Origin: Candidatus Kaiserbacteria bacterium
Lineage (GTDB): Bacteria > Patescibacteriota > Minisyncoccia > Phycocordibacterales > JABAAK01
Direction of reading: 5' to 3'
Length of the DNA stretch: 64,000 nt
NCBI GenBank assembly: GCA_028820405.1
Contig: JAPPJI010000021.1
Location: 2,770 to 66,769 of the forward strand
The notes below the pieces were generated by a model. The model had not been told where the DNA came from and made no database searches. It saw only the letters and a list, made by a program, of their open reading frames with translations. The position numbers and the translations under genes are program-made. Every line of letters starts with the position of its first letter. Positions within the stretch are counted from its first letter, which is position 1. This document shows positions 26,343 through 36,748 of this stretch, one piece after another.

Positions 26343-29300
26343 CTATGTGTACTGTATTTTATCAACCGGACCCGGCTCCTTCTGATCATCCGCCGTGTCA
26401 AGCGTCACGTTCAAGCCGAGACCGCGAAGGTAGTAGAGGAGAACGTTGAATGCTGCCGGCGTCCCCGTCTGCACGATCGGCTTCTTTCTGATAATGGCGT
26501 TGTACGCTATGTTTCGCCCATGCATGTCGTCTGACTTGATAGTCAGCATCTCACGCAGCGTGTGTGCTGCACCGTGACCGAGCAGGGCCCACACTTCCAT
26601 CTCTCCGAGCCGGCCTCCGCCGAACCGAGACCGCCCGCCCGGCGGCTGTTGTGTGATGAGGGAGTACCGACCGGTTGATCGGGCGTGCACCTTGTCTTGC
26701 ACCATGTGCTCCAGCTTCAGTGTGTACACCCAACCGATCGAAACGTCACCGGCAAACCGATCTCCCGTCTTGCCGTCGTAGAGGTCAACTTGACCGCTCT
26801 CCGGATATCCCGCCTCAACGAGCTCGTTCCGAAGTTCATCCTCGGTGATAGAGGTCATCGGCGGTACAATCGCCTGGTATCCCTGTGCATGTGCGGCAAG
26901 ACCGAGGTGCATCTCAAGCACCTGTCCGATGTTCTTTCGGGACGGCACACCAAGTGATGACAGGATAATGTCAATCGGCTCACCGTCACTGGTAAACGGC
27001 ATGTCTTCAATCGGTGCAATACGGGAAATGACCCCCTTGTTTCCATACCGATTTGCCAGCTTGTCACCCACCTTCACACGACGCAAATCAGCGACAATAA
27101 TGTGCACCTGTTTCAGAACACCCATGTCAATCATGTGATCACTTTCGCGGTCACGAACCTGAACAGACACCACCTTCCCCTGCTCTCCCGGCGGAAGTGT
27201 CTTTGAGGTGTCCCGCATATCCTTCGCCTTGTCACCAAAGATGGAGAGGAGCAGGTGCTCTTCGGCTGACATCTGCATCTCACCGCGCGGGGTGAGCTTT
27301 CCGACAAGGATATCGCCGGGAACGACCTCCGATCCGACGCGAATCACGCCGTCAAGACCCAGGTTGCGGAGTTTGCGTTCGGGAACATTCGGAATATCAG
27401 CTGTCATCACGTCAGGACCGAGCTTGGTCTCCCGAACATCAACAACATGCTCCTTCACCTGTATGGAGGTAAGCACGTCATCGTGTACCAGCCGCTCAGA
27501 GACAATGATCGCATCGTTGAAAGTGCTGTCATACGGCAGAAAGGCGACCCGAAGGTTTTTCCCGACAGCAATACTCCCGTCAACCGTTGATGCTATGTCA
27601 GCAAGCACATCACCTTTCTTCACCTTGTCACCGAGAGAAACAGACGGTCGCTGGTGATTTGCAAAGGTGTACGCGGATCCTGCAAGTTTGAACACCTCAA
27701 GATCGTAGCGCTTGGTATCGTTCCTTGACTTCACTGCGATATGCTTCGCGTCAACAGAGACAACCTCACCGTCTTCCTCGGCAACCATGAGCCGACCGGA
27801 TGACCGTGCAAACGCTTCCTCGTAGCCGGTTGCAATCAACGGCTTCTCCGGCCGAAGACAAGGAATTGCCTGTTGTTGCATGCGGGTACCGGTTGCAGAA
27901 CGATACGGAATGGTGTTACTTGCAAACGGCACAAGTGCGGATGCGATGGAGAGGATCTGACCGGTCGCCGCGTCAACATAGTCAACTTCCTGCGGTGACA
28001 CCCGATCATACTGACCGTCATGCCGAACAAGGACCGTTTCCTGCGTGATGCTTCCCTTTCCGTCAGTCTCCACGTCAGCCCCTGCAATTTTGTACCGCTC
28101 ATCTTCTGCCGCGGTCATGAATGCAATCTCATCAGTCACCTTTCCTCCTTTCACCACGTTGTACGGACACTCAAGCAACCCATACTCATTAATACGGGCA
28201 TACAGAGCAAGGTGCAGTACGAGACCGATGTTTCCCCGTTCCGGCGTGTTGATCGGACAGATGCGCCCGTAATGGGTGCGGTGTACGTCACGGACTGAGA
28301 CATTTGCGTGCTCACGGGTCACACCACCGGCACCAAGTGCGGAAATTGTTCTGAGGTGCTCCAACTGGTCAAGGACGTTCTGCTGTTTGAGTGTCTGCGA
28401 GAGCTGATCAGTATTGAAAAATCCGTGAATAGTCGACTGAAAGGTCCTGAGGTTGATAACGTTTGTCGGCAGCTCAAGCAGTTTCGGATCCTGCGTCAAC
28501 ATCTTATCACGCACATTCTTACGTACCCGAATAAATCCGGTGCGTGCATGCTCGTAGACCAGCTCACCGACAGACCGAATGCGACGAAATCCGAGATGGT
28601 CAATATCATCCCCCTCAGCACCCGGCGTGTTGTTCAGCCGCACGATCTCTTTCACGATGACAACGATGTCCTCAAGGTTGAGCACAAGGTTATCCTTCGT
28701 CTCTTCGGTAATGGGCAGGCTAAACCGTTTATTAAAATTAATACGGCCAATCTCACTGATGTTGTACCACTCCGGTGAGAACCGTGACTGCACCATCTCC
28801 TTCGCCCGCTCAGGACTCACGACACTGCCTGACCGGAGCACCTTGTAAAAGGCGAGCCACACCTCATCCATCGTCGTTGCAGTGTCATCGGCAAAACTCT
28901 GCTCTATTGATTTGTGTGCCGCCGGATCGTCTGCAAAAAGTTTCAGCACATCAGCCTGCGTCTCCGGACCGAACGCACGGATAAAGGTGGTGATCGGCAG
29001 CCGTCGTGAACTCTGGTCAACACGGACTGAGACGAGACCGTTTACATCACTCTCAAACACGAGCCAGATACCCTTCCCTTTCTGCGGCACAACCTGTGCA
29101 CCGAAGGTGTCACGGGTTTTCCGCTTCGTCTCTTTGAAAAATCGGATTCCCTGAGAACGAATCAGCTGTGATACGATGGTTCGCTCAACACCGTTGATGA
29201 TGAACGATCGCTGCGGTGTCATCATAGGGATGTCTCCGAAGAGCACCTCCTCTTCGACAACCCGCTTTGTCACCGTATTATTGAGGTGCAGCACAACACG

Positions 29301-29558
29301 GAGGGGGGCGGTGTAACTGGTAAAGGATTCTTTTGCTTTCTGCGGCGAGAGACGGGGTTCCTCAAGGCGGTGGGAGACAAAGGAAATCTTGTACCGATTG
29401 TTTGAATCCTCAATCGGAAAAAACTCTTCAAACAGGCTCTTCAAACCTGCATCAAGAAACGTGCCGTACGACTCTTCCTGAAATGCAAGAATGTCGTTCA
29501 GCGGAAATGACGGCTCTTTGTATCGCGAAAATGTCTTTTTTGGTCTGGCGGTATCCAT
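26343..29558 (-). CDS. rpoB: DNA-directed RNA polymerase subunit beta
   Basis: 1071 aa. Conserved beta regions (GRHGNKGVISRI-like GNKGVISRIAP, fork and clamp segments). Immediately upstream of rpoC. Confidence 0.97.
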   Translation of the reverse strand: MDTARPKKTFSRYKEPSFPLNDILAFQEESYGTFLDAGLKSLFEEFFPIEDSNNRYKISFVSHRLEEPRLSPQKAKESFTSYTAPLRVVLHLNNTVTKRVVEEEVLFGDIPMMTPQRSFIINGVERTIVSQLIRSQGIRFFKETKRKTRDTFGAQVVPQKGKGIWLVFESDVNGLVSVRVDQSSRRLPITTFIRAFGPETQADVLKLFADDPAAHKSIEQSFADDTATTMDEVWLAFYKVLRSGSVVSPERAKEMVQSRFSPEWYNISEIGRINFNKRFSLPITEETKDNLVLNLEDIVVIVKEIVRLNNTPGAEGDDIDHLGFRRIRSVGELVYEHARTGFIRVRKNVRDKMLTQDPKLLELPTNVINLRTFQSTIHGFFNTDQLSQTLKQQNVLDQLEHLRTISALGAGGVTREHANVSVRDVHRTHYGRICPINTPERGNIGLVLHLALYARINEYGLLECPYNVVKGGKVTDEIAFMTAAEDERYKIAGADVETDGKGSITQETVLVRHDGQYDRVSPQEVDYVDAATGQILSIASALVPFASNTIPYRSATGTRMQQQAIPCLRPEKPLIATGYEEAFARSSGRLMVAEEDGEVVSVDAKHIAVKSRNDTKRYDLEVFKLAGSAYTFANHQRPSVSLGDKVKKGDVLADIASTVDGSIAVGKNLRVAFLPYDSTFNDAIIVSERLVHDDVLTSIQVKEHVVDVRETKLGPDVMTADIPNVPERKLRNLGLDGVIRVGSEVVPGDILVGKLTPRGEMQMSAEEHLLLSIFGDKAKDMRDTSKTLPPGEQGKVVSVQVRDRESDHMIDMGVLKQVHIIVADLRRVKVGDKLANRYGNKGVISRIAPIEDMPFTSDGEPIDIILSSLGVPSRKNIGQVLEMHLGLAAHAQGYQAIVPPMTSITEDELRNELVEAGYPESGQVDLYDGKTGDRFAGDVSIGWVYTLKLEHMVQDKVHARSTGRYSLITQQPPGGRSRFGGGRLGEMEVWALLGHGAAHTLREMLTIKSDDMHGRNIAYNAIIRKKPIVQTGTPAAFNVLLYYLRGLGLNVTLDTADDQKEPGPVDKIQYT

Positions 29559-29663
29559 TTGTGCTCCTCAACTAACGGAAACAGCACGCCAAAACCAGAC
29601 CAAACGATTGACAACCCCTCTCTTTGTGCTTGTCCCTCATCGTACCAACCCGCACGCAGTCCG

Positions 29664-30692
29664 TCAAGATGCTGTCGTGGATATCACGGCGGCATCAATC
29701 AGCAGGTATTCGAGCGGGAGGGTCTTGACCGGTGACCCGGGGATGGCAAGTGATGCCGCAATGAGGCTTTTGAGCAGCTGACACGATACCGCCCCCTGAT
29801 CGGCAACCTCCTGAATACACACCCGATCTTCATCGGTATACTCGTCCAGCACGTCAGTAATGCCGGACTGAACCAGGAGGGCGGCACGGATTTTTCGTAT
29901 ACAGAGCCTCGCAAACAGCGTCATGTCAACACTGTCCTTCGCCGCCGCAGCGACAGCGTGTATACCGCCTTGCACATCCTGCTTTGTCAGTGCCCGCACG
30001 TAGTCATTCACGAGACGATGTTTCGGTGCCCCGAGAATTGTTTCAACCGTATCGTGCGACACATTCTTTCCGTCAACTGTGAAGAGGATCTTTTGTATAA
30101 CGGTCACCATGTCACGAAATGACCCGTCCGCCATGAGGGCGATGAGGGCGGCAGACTGTTCTTCAAGGACGTACCCTTCTTTCCCGGCAAGTGCCAGTGC
30201 ACCCTCTTGCAAGAGAGCGAGAGACGGCTGTCGAAATGACAGCGGAATGCATCGGGAAACAATGGTGTCGGGCACTTTGTCAGATTCTGTCGTCACGAGA
30301 ATGAAGATGGCATACGCCGGCGGCTCCTCAAGTGTTTTGAGAAATGCATTAAACGCCGCCTTGGAGAGCATGTGCACTTCATCAAGAATGTACACCTTGT
30401 ACGAAGACTCAACCGGCTGCGTGTATACCGAAGCGGTCAGTTCACGAATGTGCTCAACGCTTGTGTGTGACGCCGCATCAATCTCAAACACGTCAATCGG
30501 TGCACAGTCAAGACGGGTTGCAAAGATACGTGCCGCACTGGTCTTTCCGATACCGCGCGGACCGGTCAGAAGGTAGGCATGAGCCGGCTCACCGTTCTCA
30601 ACCGCCTTCTCAAGCACGGAGACAACCTGCGGCTGTCCGGCAATATCATCAAATGTTGCCGGACGGTGTTTTTGGTAGAGGGATTGCTTCAT
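29664..30692 (-). CDS. dnaX: DNA polymerase III subunit gamma/tau (short, gamma-like)
   Basis: AAA+ clamp-loader motifs: Walker A GPRGIGKTSAARI, Walker B ILDEVHMLS and sensor-1 TTESDKVP. The start is at the internal ATG at 30692 (MKQSLYQKHRP). Confidence 0.85.
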   Translation of the reverse strand: MKQSLYQKHRPATFDDIAGQPQVVSVLEKAVENGEPAHAYLLTGPRGIGKTSAARIFATRLDCAPIDVFEIDAASHTSVEHIRELTASVYTQPVESSYKVYILDEVHMLSKAAFNAFLKTLEEPPAYAIFILVTTESDKVPDTIVSRCIPLSFRQPSLALLQEGALALAGKEGYVLEEQSAALIALMADGSFRDMVTVIQKILFTVDGKNVSHDTVETILGAPKHRLVNDYVRALTKQDVQGGIHAVAAAAKDSVDMTLFARLCIRKIRAALLVQSGITDVLDEYTDEDRVCIQEVADQGAVSCQLLKSLIAASLAIPGSPVKTLPLEYLLIDAAVISTTAS

Positions 30693-30720
30693 GGACACTG
30701 AGAGTCGTTGCAAGTATACC

Positions 30721-31683
30721 TCATGACCGTGAGGAGAGAAATGATCGGGCAATTCGGACAGCATGCCCGGCATGCTCCGTCTCCATCAGAGCAATCCTCA
30801 GATCTTTTGCACCGGGAAATCCCTGTGCATATGCTTTGTAGTGTTTTCGCATAATGGCGAAATGTTTCCGGGGCAGGAGCGAAGAGAACAGGTTCGTGTG
30901 CTCAATGAGTGCGTTAATCTTTTGCTCAACCGACACCGTGTCAACGGATGCATTAAAGAACCACGGGTTGCCGAACGCACCGCGACCGACCATGATGCCG
31001 TCGCACCCGGTTTCGTGCACTCGCCGCAACCCGTCTTGTAAAGAAACGACATCTCCGTTGCCAATAACCAACGTCTCGGGTGCCGTCGCATCCCGCAGTG
31101 CAACGATGCGCTGCATGAGGTCCCACCGCGCAGGTACCTTTGAGAGGTCATTCCTGGTCCGAAGGTGCACCGAGAGGGCTTCAATACCTGCAAGGAGGAG
31201 CGTGCGAATCCATGTGTCAATTTCTTCCTGCCGATACCCGAGCCGTGTCTTTACTGAAACCGGCAAACCGGTTTTTTTCGCGGCAGCAATCAGTGACACC
31301 GCCCGGTCAGGGTCCCGCATCAGTGCGGCACCGCACCCCTGTTTCTCAACACTTCGATCGGGACATCCCATATTGATATCGAGACCGTCAAATCCCATAT
31401 CCCGCACCAGCACACCCGCCTCGTACATATGATCAGGATTACTCGTGAAGAGCTGTGCGACAATCGGTCGCTGATTGTCCTCAAAGAGGAGGTCAACAGC
31501 AAGTGCTTCCCGACCGGGCGAGAGGAGACCGTCCGCTGAAACAAATTCCGTCCAGAGTACGTCCGGTTTTCCGTACGTCGCAAACATGGTCCGAAACGCG
31601 ACATCAGTCACATCAGCCATCGGAGCGAGTGAGAAAAATGGTTTCGGCACCGTTTTCCAAAATGATCTACTGCTGTTTTTCAT
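30721..31683 (-). CDS. dus: tRNA-dihydrouridine synthase
   Basis: LAPMADVTD FMN-binding start motif and the TIM-barrel pattern (DINMGCP, KTRLG). The start was chosen at 31683. The ORF track continues upstream. Confidence 0.8.
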   Translation of the reverse strand: MKNSSRSFWKTVPKPFFSLAPMADVTDVAFRTMFATYGKPDVLWTEFVSADGLLSPGREALAVDLLFEDNQRPIVAQLFTSNPDHMYEAGVLVRDMGFDGLDINMGCPDRSVEKQGCGAALMRDPDRAVSLIAAAKKTGLPVSVKTRLGYRQEEIDTWIRTLLLAGIEALSVHLRTRNDLSKVPARWDLMQRIVALRDATAPETLVIGNGDVVSLQDGLRRVHETGCDGIMVGRGAFGNPWFFNASVDTVSVEQKINALIEHTNLFSSLLPRKHFAIMRKHYKAYAQGFPGAKDLRIALMETEHAGHAVRIARSFLSSRS

Positions 31684-32491
31684 ACAGAATACTGAGCGGA
31701 TTGCGGACATCGACAGAGACAACCCCCTGTCGACGCGGATGAGAAAAAACTTCTCTAAAGACGACGTAGAGGGCGCGGGTCGTGTCATACAGCGATTCAC
31801 TCGCATCAATAACAACGCCGATACCGCCGGCAAGCCGGATGCGAACGACCCTGCTGTCACGCTTGAGTGCAACCTCATCGACAGCAACATCGATGCTATC
31901 AAGGAACTGCACCGTTCCGACCACCTTGCTGAAATCAGCCTTCTCATCACCGCTTTTGCCGAACAGAGTTTCCCCGACCCGTATGTCACCGTCAATTGTA
32001 ATCGCCGTTCCGGCCGGCAGCGTTGTTTGATCAAAAACAATTCCGTACGGATCAATCAGATAGCAGTCACCGCGAGAACAGACCGTCCCGAATGTCGTTC
32101 GTCCGGATGAGGTAATGACCCAGCGGTTGAAAAATTTGCGGGTAATGGTGACGGATCCGATGCCGGGAAACCGCTCTGCAACCATTGCTGCAACTTCATC
32201 TCGTTTGAAAAAATAGCGCGTTGACCCTTTCACCCCGTATGCGTACCCCTCCAGCAAATCCGTTACAAAAGAGAACACTTCAGAACGAAGATCCTGATCT
32301 GTCAGCGTGCGGTCATCAATATGCACTGAATTGACCGAGATAACCGGCAGATGCACCGTTCCCCAGAGCACTGCAACGGAGAGAAAAAACCAACCGGCAC
32401 CGCGAAGAGCAGTGACAACAAGCCGGCGGTTCTCGTGCCGCGAGAACCAGAGTCGTGTCTTTGTTGCCGCATTCTTTCTCCTCACACGCAC
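31667..32491 (-). CDS. cell-division protein FtsQ/DivIB-like (POTRA-containing), tentative
   Basis: A single N-terminal TM segment followed by a ~230-aa beta-rich region, the size and architecture of FtsQ. No strict motif was verified. Confidence 0.45.
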   Translation of the reverse strand: MRVRRKNAATKTRLWFSRHENRRLVVTALRGAGWFFLSVAVLWGTVHLPVISVNSVHIDDRTLTDQDLRSEVFSFVTDLLEGYAYGVKGSTRYFFKRDEVAAMVAERFPGIGSVTITRKFFNRWVITSSGRTTFGTVCSRGDCYLIDPYGIVFDQTTLPAGTAITIDGDIRVGETLFGKSGDEKADFSKVVGTVQFLDSIDVAVDEVALKRDSRVVRIRLAGGIGVVIDASESLYDTTRALYVVFREVFSHPRRQGVVSVDVRNPLSILYEKQQ

Positions 32492-33759
32492 TCCTGATTG
32501 CCGAGGTACGGACGCAGCACTTCAGGAACGGTAACAGACCCGTCACTTCGCTGGTTGTTCTCAATGATCGCAATGAGGGTCCGTCCCATTGCAAAGACGG
32601 TCGCATCATTCATATGCACAAACTCTTTTTTTCCCCCCTCCCGCTTCACCCGTATCCCCAACCGACGTGCCTGGTATGCACCCATGAGGTCAGCTGAGTG
32701 GGTTTCCCGATACGTGTTCTGTCCCGGCATCCATGTTTCAATATCAATCTGCCGAACATCCGGCTTCCCCATGTCCCCGGTACATACCATCACAACCTGA
32801 TACGGCAAATTCAGCTGTTGCATGAGGTGCTCTTGCAGTGCAACGAGAAAGTCCTGCTCAGCACGGGACCGTTCGCCGACGGTAAACGATTCAAATTCCA
32901 ACTTATCAAACTGATGCTGACGAAGGATACCCTTCGTATCTTTACCGTATGACCCTGCTTCACGACGAAACGCCGTTGAGTACCCGACGTACCGAATCGG
33001 CAGTGCATCCTCTTCAAATACCTCCCCCGCGTGCATTGCCCCGAGTGTGTGCTCTGCACTCCCGGCCAGAAAAAGATTGTCTTCTTGCAAATAGTACTTA
33101 TCCTCCTTCGGATCGAGGCGTGCCATGCCGAACAGCATCTCAGGAGTGATCATCACCGGAGGGAGCACCGGCACAAACGGTTTTGACGGAACGTTGATCT
33201 CATGCTGCTTTGCGACCTCCGTGAGCACGGTCTCGTTCGACACGGTGTCAAACACCCACTGCACGAGTGCGACCTGCAGGCGAACGATACCGCCTTTGAG
33301 ATAGGTGAAGCGGGAGCCGGCAACGTTTGCGGCACGCTCACTGTCGATAAAGTCACGTTCCGCACCGATGTCCCAATGTGCCTTCACCTTAAAATCAAAC
33401 GTCGGTTTCTCGCCCCATTGCCGGATAACAACATTGTCATCTTCACTCGCACCCACCGGAACATCCGGTGACGGAATATTCGGAACCTTCGCGAGCAGAT
33501 CCGTGAGTTCCTTCGTCACCTCACGAACTGCTTCTTCCGCTTCCGCCGCTTTCTTTTTCAAATCAGATCCCGTTGCATCGTCACGTGACGCAGCCGCCTC
33601 TTTCCGCTCCCGATTTATCTCACCGAGATCTTTGATGAGCCCGACCCGCTTTACATGTAACGCCTGCAACGCGTCAATATCAACCGGATCCCCCTTTTTG
33701 TTCTGCACTGCGGCAATGACCAGGTCACGATTTTCCAAAATAAACCCGATGTCAAGCAT
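32482..33759 (-). CDS. serS: serine--tRNA ligase
   Basis: N-terminal coiled-coil arm. Class II motifs (FRREAGSYGKDTKGILRQHQFDKLE, GLGIRVKREGG...). The start is at ATG 33759 (MLDIGF). Confidence 0.9.
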   Translation of the reverse strand: MLDIGFILENRDLVIAAVQNKKGDPVDIDALQALHVKRVGLIKDLGEINRERKEAAASRDDATGSDLKKKAAEAEEAVREVTKELTDLLAKVPNIPSPDVPVGASEDDNVVIRQWGEKPTFDFKVKAHWDIGAERDFIDSERAANVAGSRFTYLKGGIVRLQVALVQWVFDTVSNETVLTEVAKQHEINVPSKPFVPVLPPVMITPEMLFGMARLDPKEDKYYLQEDNLFLAGSAEHTLGAMHAGEVFEEDALPIRYVGYSTAFRREAGSYGKDTKGILRQHQFDKLEFESFTVGERSRAEQDFLVALQEHLMQQLNLPYQVVMVCTGDMGKPDVRQIDIETWMPGQNTYRETHSADLMGAYQARRLGIRVKREGGKKEFVHMNDATVFAMGRTLIAIIENNQRSDGSVTVPEVLRPYLGNQECV

Positions 33760-33918
33760 ATCCCCACTATACCACGACAACCCCCCTGTTTTTATGAAAA
33801 AACGGCACCGTGATACCGTTGCACAGCACTTGCAAGACCGCTGAGCACAATCGTTACACAAACAAGGATGAGAATGACACCTATCGTTTTGCCCATTGCT
33901 CTGCAGTATACCGCGGCA

Positions 33919-34587
33919 CTACAACTCCTTTGTCAAACCGAGCATCGCAGCGACGTCTTCTCCGGAACGGACAACCTGTGCACCCCGGGCAATGAGACTG
34001 TTCGTCCCCGCACCGGTTGCGGAAAAGATATCATGCGGCACCGCCCCGAGCTCCCGGTTGTATTCAACTGCAAGGTGAGCCGTTATCTGCGTGCCTGCAC
34101 GCTCTGCACATTCAACGGCAACAACTGCACTTGAGATGCCGACGATAATACGGTTTCTTGCAGGGAATGCCGACTTCGTCGCCGGCGTGTCCGGTGAAAG
34201 TTCTGAGAGGAGCGTGCCTCCTGCCGCAAGCATTCGCTCTGTGAGTGCACGGTTCCGTTTCGGATACAGAACGGTATCAGCAAGACCGGATCCGGGAATT
34301 GCAATGGTCGGAATATCTGCTTGCAGGGCCGCCTCGTGCGCAACCGTATCAAGACCGATGGCGAGACCGGAGACGATCGTCACCCGGTACGGCGTGAGAC
34401 CGGAGACAATGTGTTCACAAACCCGCTTTCCGTACGGAGAGTGCACCCTTGCACCGACAACGGCAATCAGATGGCGGGACCAGTCCGGCTCTCTGCCCCG
34501 GAGGTACAGCTGCTGTGGCGGATGCGGAATCTCTCGCAGCGGCAGCGGATACGCATGCCTCGGTATCGTCTGAATCGGATGTTCCAT
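33919..34587 (-). CDS. dprA: DNA-processing protein A (Smf), short form
   Basis: Rossmann-like DprA core (IAVVGARVHSPYGKRV...IVSGLAIGLDTVAHEAAL...TIAIPGSGL...PARNRIIVGIS). The start is set at 34587, immediately 3' of tRNA-Pro, to avoid overlapping it. Confidence 0.75.
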   Translation of the reverse strand: MEHPIQTIPRHAYPLPLREIPHPPQQLYLRGREPDWSRHLIAVVGARVHSPYGKRVCEHIVSGLTPYRVTIVSGLAIGLDTVAHEAALQADIPTIAIPGSGLADTVLYPKRNRALTERMLAAGGTLLSELSPDTPATKSAFPARNRIIVGISSAVVAVECAERAGTQITAHLAVEYNRELGAVPHDIFSATGAGTNSLIARGAQVVRSGEDVAAMLGLTKEL

Positions 34588-34588
34588 G

Positions 34589-34660
34589 TCGGACTGCCGG
34601 GAATCGAACCCGGACCACACGCACCCCATGCGTGCACACTACCACTATGCTACAGTCCGA
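34589..34660 (-). tRNA. tRNA-Pro (anticodon GGG), no encoded CCA
   Basis: Manual fold. Acceptor CGGACTG/CAGTCCG, anticodon stem CACGC/GCGTG, loop AUGGGGU and T-arm CCGGG-TTCGATT-CCCGG. 72 nt. Confidence 0.75.
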
Positions 34661-34718
34661 TACATGGTCAGTATACCGATACGAACAGGACAACACATGG
34701 TATCTTGAGGATATAGGT

Positions 34719-36359
34719 ATGGTTCCAAAAAGAAAAGGTCATGAAATGCGGGGGCTCGGCAAGCAAGAACAGAAACTGCTCAAAGAACACGAGGATCGAA
34801 TATCCCTCAAACAGGGGCCTGAGAACTTACGCTTGCAGTGGGAGTGCGAAGTTAACGGTGAACGGTTAGCACTGAAGAGAGGGTGGCACTACAAGGTACT
34901 CGGCGGAAATCTCGTTGAGCGACAGAGTAAAAAAGATTCGTGGAAGCTGGTGCTTCCGTCTGACACTGACACCCGCTTCATCAAAACGTTTACCAAAGAA
35001 ATCGAATCATCTGCTCATCCTGACAAAGACGAGGTCCACAATGCCTGGAGCGAGACGGATCATGTCATAGAAGAAGCATTGGAAGGCATGTCGGAAGATG
35101 ATACTGAACAGAGAGAGAATCTGTCATTTCAGCGAGAGGTGATACTCAAACACGCTAATGCACTGTTGGGAATCGGTGACACGAAAACACCGATTCAAAT
35201 CGAAAACAAAAGTCGTGAAGAAGATCCTGATCTGCTGCAGCACGTTGACAACCATCACTACGAATACGCATTCAACCGGTGGCGCCTGGTGCACGATGAA
35301 AAGGAATCGGAGGGAAAGGTCACGGAAGAAGCGTATATCAAAGCGGCACAGGAAGATATTGATTGGGTGCTCGAAAATCTGGTGATACAGTCAGACATCA
35401 ATGGCGTGTCACTTGATGAAGAAGCACGGCTTGACACAAGAGACACAAGAACAGGGCAAACCGCAGCCCTCAGACAGACGAACCAGGAAATGGATGACGG
35501 GGAATTTCAAGAACGCAGGAAAAAGTACGACGAAGGAAAAACAGAGAAAGACCGGGTCAATAAGCAGTATGCTGAGATGTCTGAGATATACTTTCCCCTC
35601 CTCTTTCAGAAGGCAAAGGCATGGCTTCCCAACTGCCCCTTCTCCCTTGTGCGGTCAACCCCTTTGGATGATGTCGATAATAAAACTGACTTTCTTGTTA
35701 TTGATCAGAAACACGGTGATGTTGTTGCCCGTATTGACGCAAATGTCCGTGATCAGGAGACGGGCGGCGCAACCGTTGCACTTGCAGAACTCGTTGTCAG
35801 CGGACCAAAACAGGAAGCACTGGACATCATCAATCAAACCGGCAACGCAAATTTTTCTAACAAGGGAAAAGATACTTTCCATCTCGTCGGCGGACTTGCA
35901 CGGGACGGAGACGATGAGGACGGTGTATTTTCCTTTGCTTCATACGAAAATCTGAGCGTCCCTGCTATCGGTCTTTCAATTGATCAAAAAAGATTGTTGG
36001 GAAACATTGTCAACATGAGAAAATCGGGGGAGAATCTCGACATTCAAGAGAAAGGAGCTTTCTTGGAAATTGTCAATCAACTTAAAAGTGAGTCGAATCG
36101 GGTACTGCGAAGAAAAAAGAGGTATCAGGATGAATCGGGGGGGGTCGGGTCAGTCAAAGAACGATCGAGGGCGATCGAGAATGATGCCGCTTTCGTAGAT
36201 CGGCTGGAGCGTTTCGGAACATTCATGAGGCTGGCAGTGAATACCGCCTCCAAAAAAATAGACGAAGAAAAAGAAGCGAAAGCACTCGGGCATCACGAGC
36301 GATCGTTCCAACGGTATAGGACACCGGAAGAGCGGCAGCGGGAAGGACAACGGCGTTAA
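34719..36359 (+). CDS. hypothetical protein (~547 aa), highly charged, no recognisable domain
   Basis: A long ORF with consistent coding periodicity. The start is set at the first ATG after the tRNA (MVPKRK). E/K/D-rich and predicted alpha-helical. Confidence 0.5.
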   Translation: MVPKRKGHEMRGLGKQEQKLLKEHEDRISLKQGPENLRLQWECEVNGERLALKRGWHYKVLGGNLVERQSKKDSWKLVLPSDTDTRFIKTFTKEIESSAHPDKDEVHNAWSETDHVIEEALEGMSEDDTEQRENLSFQREVILKHANALLGIGDTKTPIQIENKSREEDPDLLQHVDNHHYEYAFNRWRLVHDEKESEGKVTEEAYIKAAQEDIDWVLENLVIQSDINGVSLDEEARLDTRDTRTGQTAALRQTNQEMDDGEFQERRKKYDEGKTEKDRVNKQYAEMSEIYFPLLFQKAKAWLPNCPFSLVRSTPLDDVDNKTDFLVIDQKHGDVVARIDANVRDQETGGATVALAELVVSGPKQEALDIINQTGNANFSNKGKDTFHLVGGLARDGDDEDGVFSFASYENLSVPAIGLSIDQKRLLGNIVNMRKSGENLDIQEKGAFLEIVNQLKSESNRVLRRKKRYQDESGGVGSVKERSRAIENDAAFVDRLERFGTFMRLAVNTASKKIDEEKEAKALGHHERSFQRYRTPEERQREGQRR

Positions 36360-36718
36360 CGATGCCGCTTCACCAAATCACGAAGGTACGGAGAAATATT
36401 TTTCACTGACGACCGACGCAGCCGACCCCGCCCTGTTTTGAGAGCTTGGTATTGACGCTTTGCCTTCTCTGCCGGAGCGGTCAGCGGATCGATGAGGTCT
36501 TTTTCAACGGTCTCCTCTCCCCGGCGAAACACCGTCGATGCACGTCTCCCCGCCTGACTCACTCGTTTCACCATTGCTATTGCAACGCGATCAAGGTAGC
36601 CGCGCATGCCTGACATAAGCCGCTTTCCGGATCGAGCTTCAACGGCAACGATACTCACATACAGGAGGCTGACCAGTGCCGTGGTGAGAAAAGAATATGC
36701 AACAGTCTCAGGACTCAT
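36356..36718 (-). CDS. hypothetical small membrane protein (120 aa)
   Basis: N-terminal TM helix (FLTTALVSLLYVSIVAV) and a basic C-terminus. Confidence 0.35.
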   Translation of the reverse strand: MSPETVAYSFLTTALVSLLYVSIVAVEARSGKRLMSGMRGYLDRVAIAMVKRVSQAGRRASTVFRRGEETVEKDLIDPLTAPAEKAKRQYQALKTGRGRLRRSSVKNISPYLRDLVKRHR

Positions 36719-36748
36719 GTACGCAGTATACCCTCCTGAGCAATAGGG

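Noticed and set aside
30721-32055. Full 444-aa extent of the dus ORF
   Set aside because: The N-terminal ~124 codons overlap the ftsQ-like gene in another frame and lack similarity to Dus. The Dus fold begins at LAPMADVTD, so the start was set at 31683.
34449-34718. N-terminal 90 codons of the long plus-strand ORF (34449..36359), and the longer dprA ORF (to 34629)
   Set aside because: Both would run through the tRNA-Pro gene (34589-34660). Starts were moved to the first ATG outside the tRNA.
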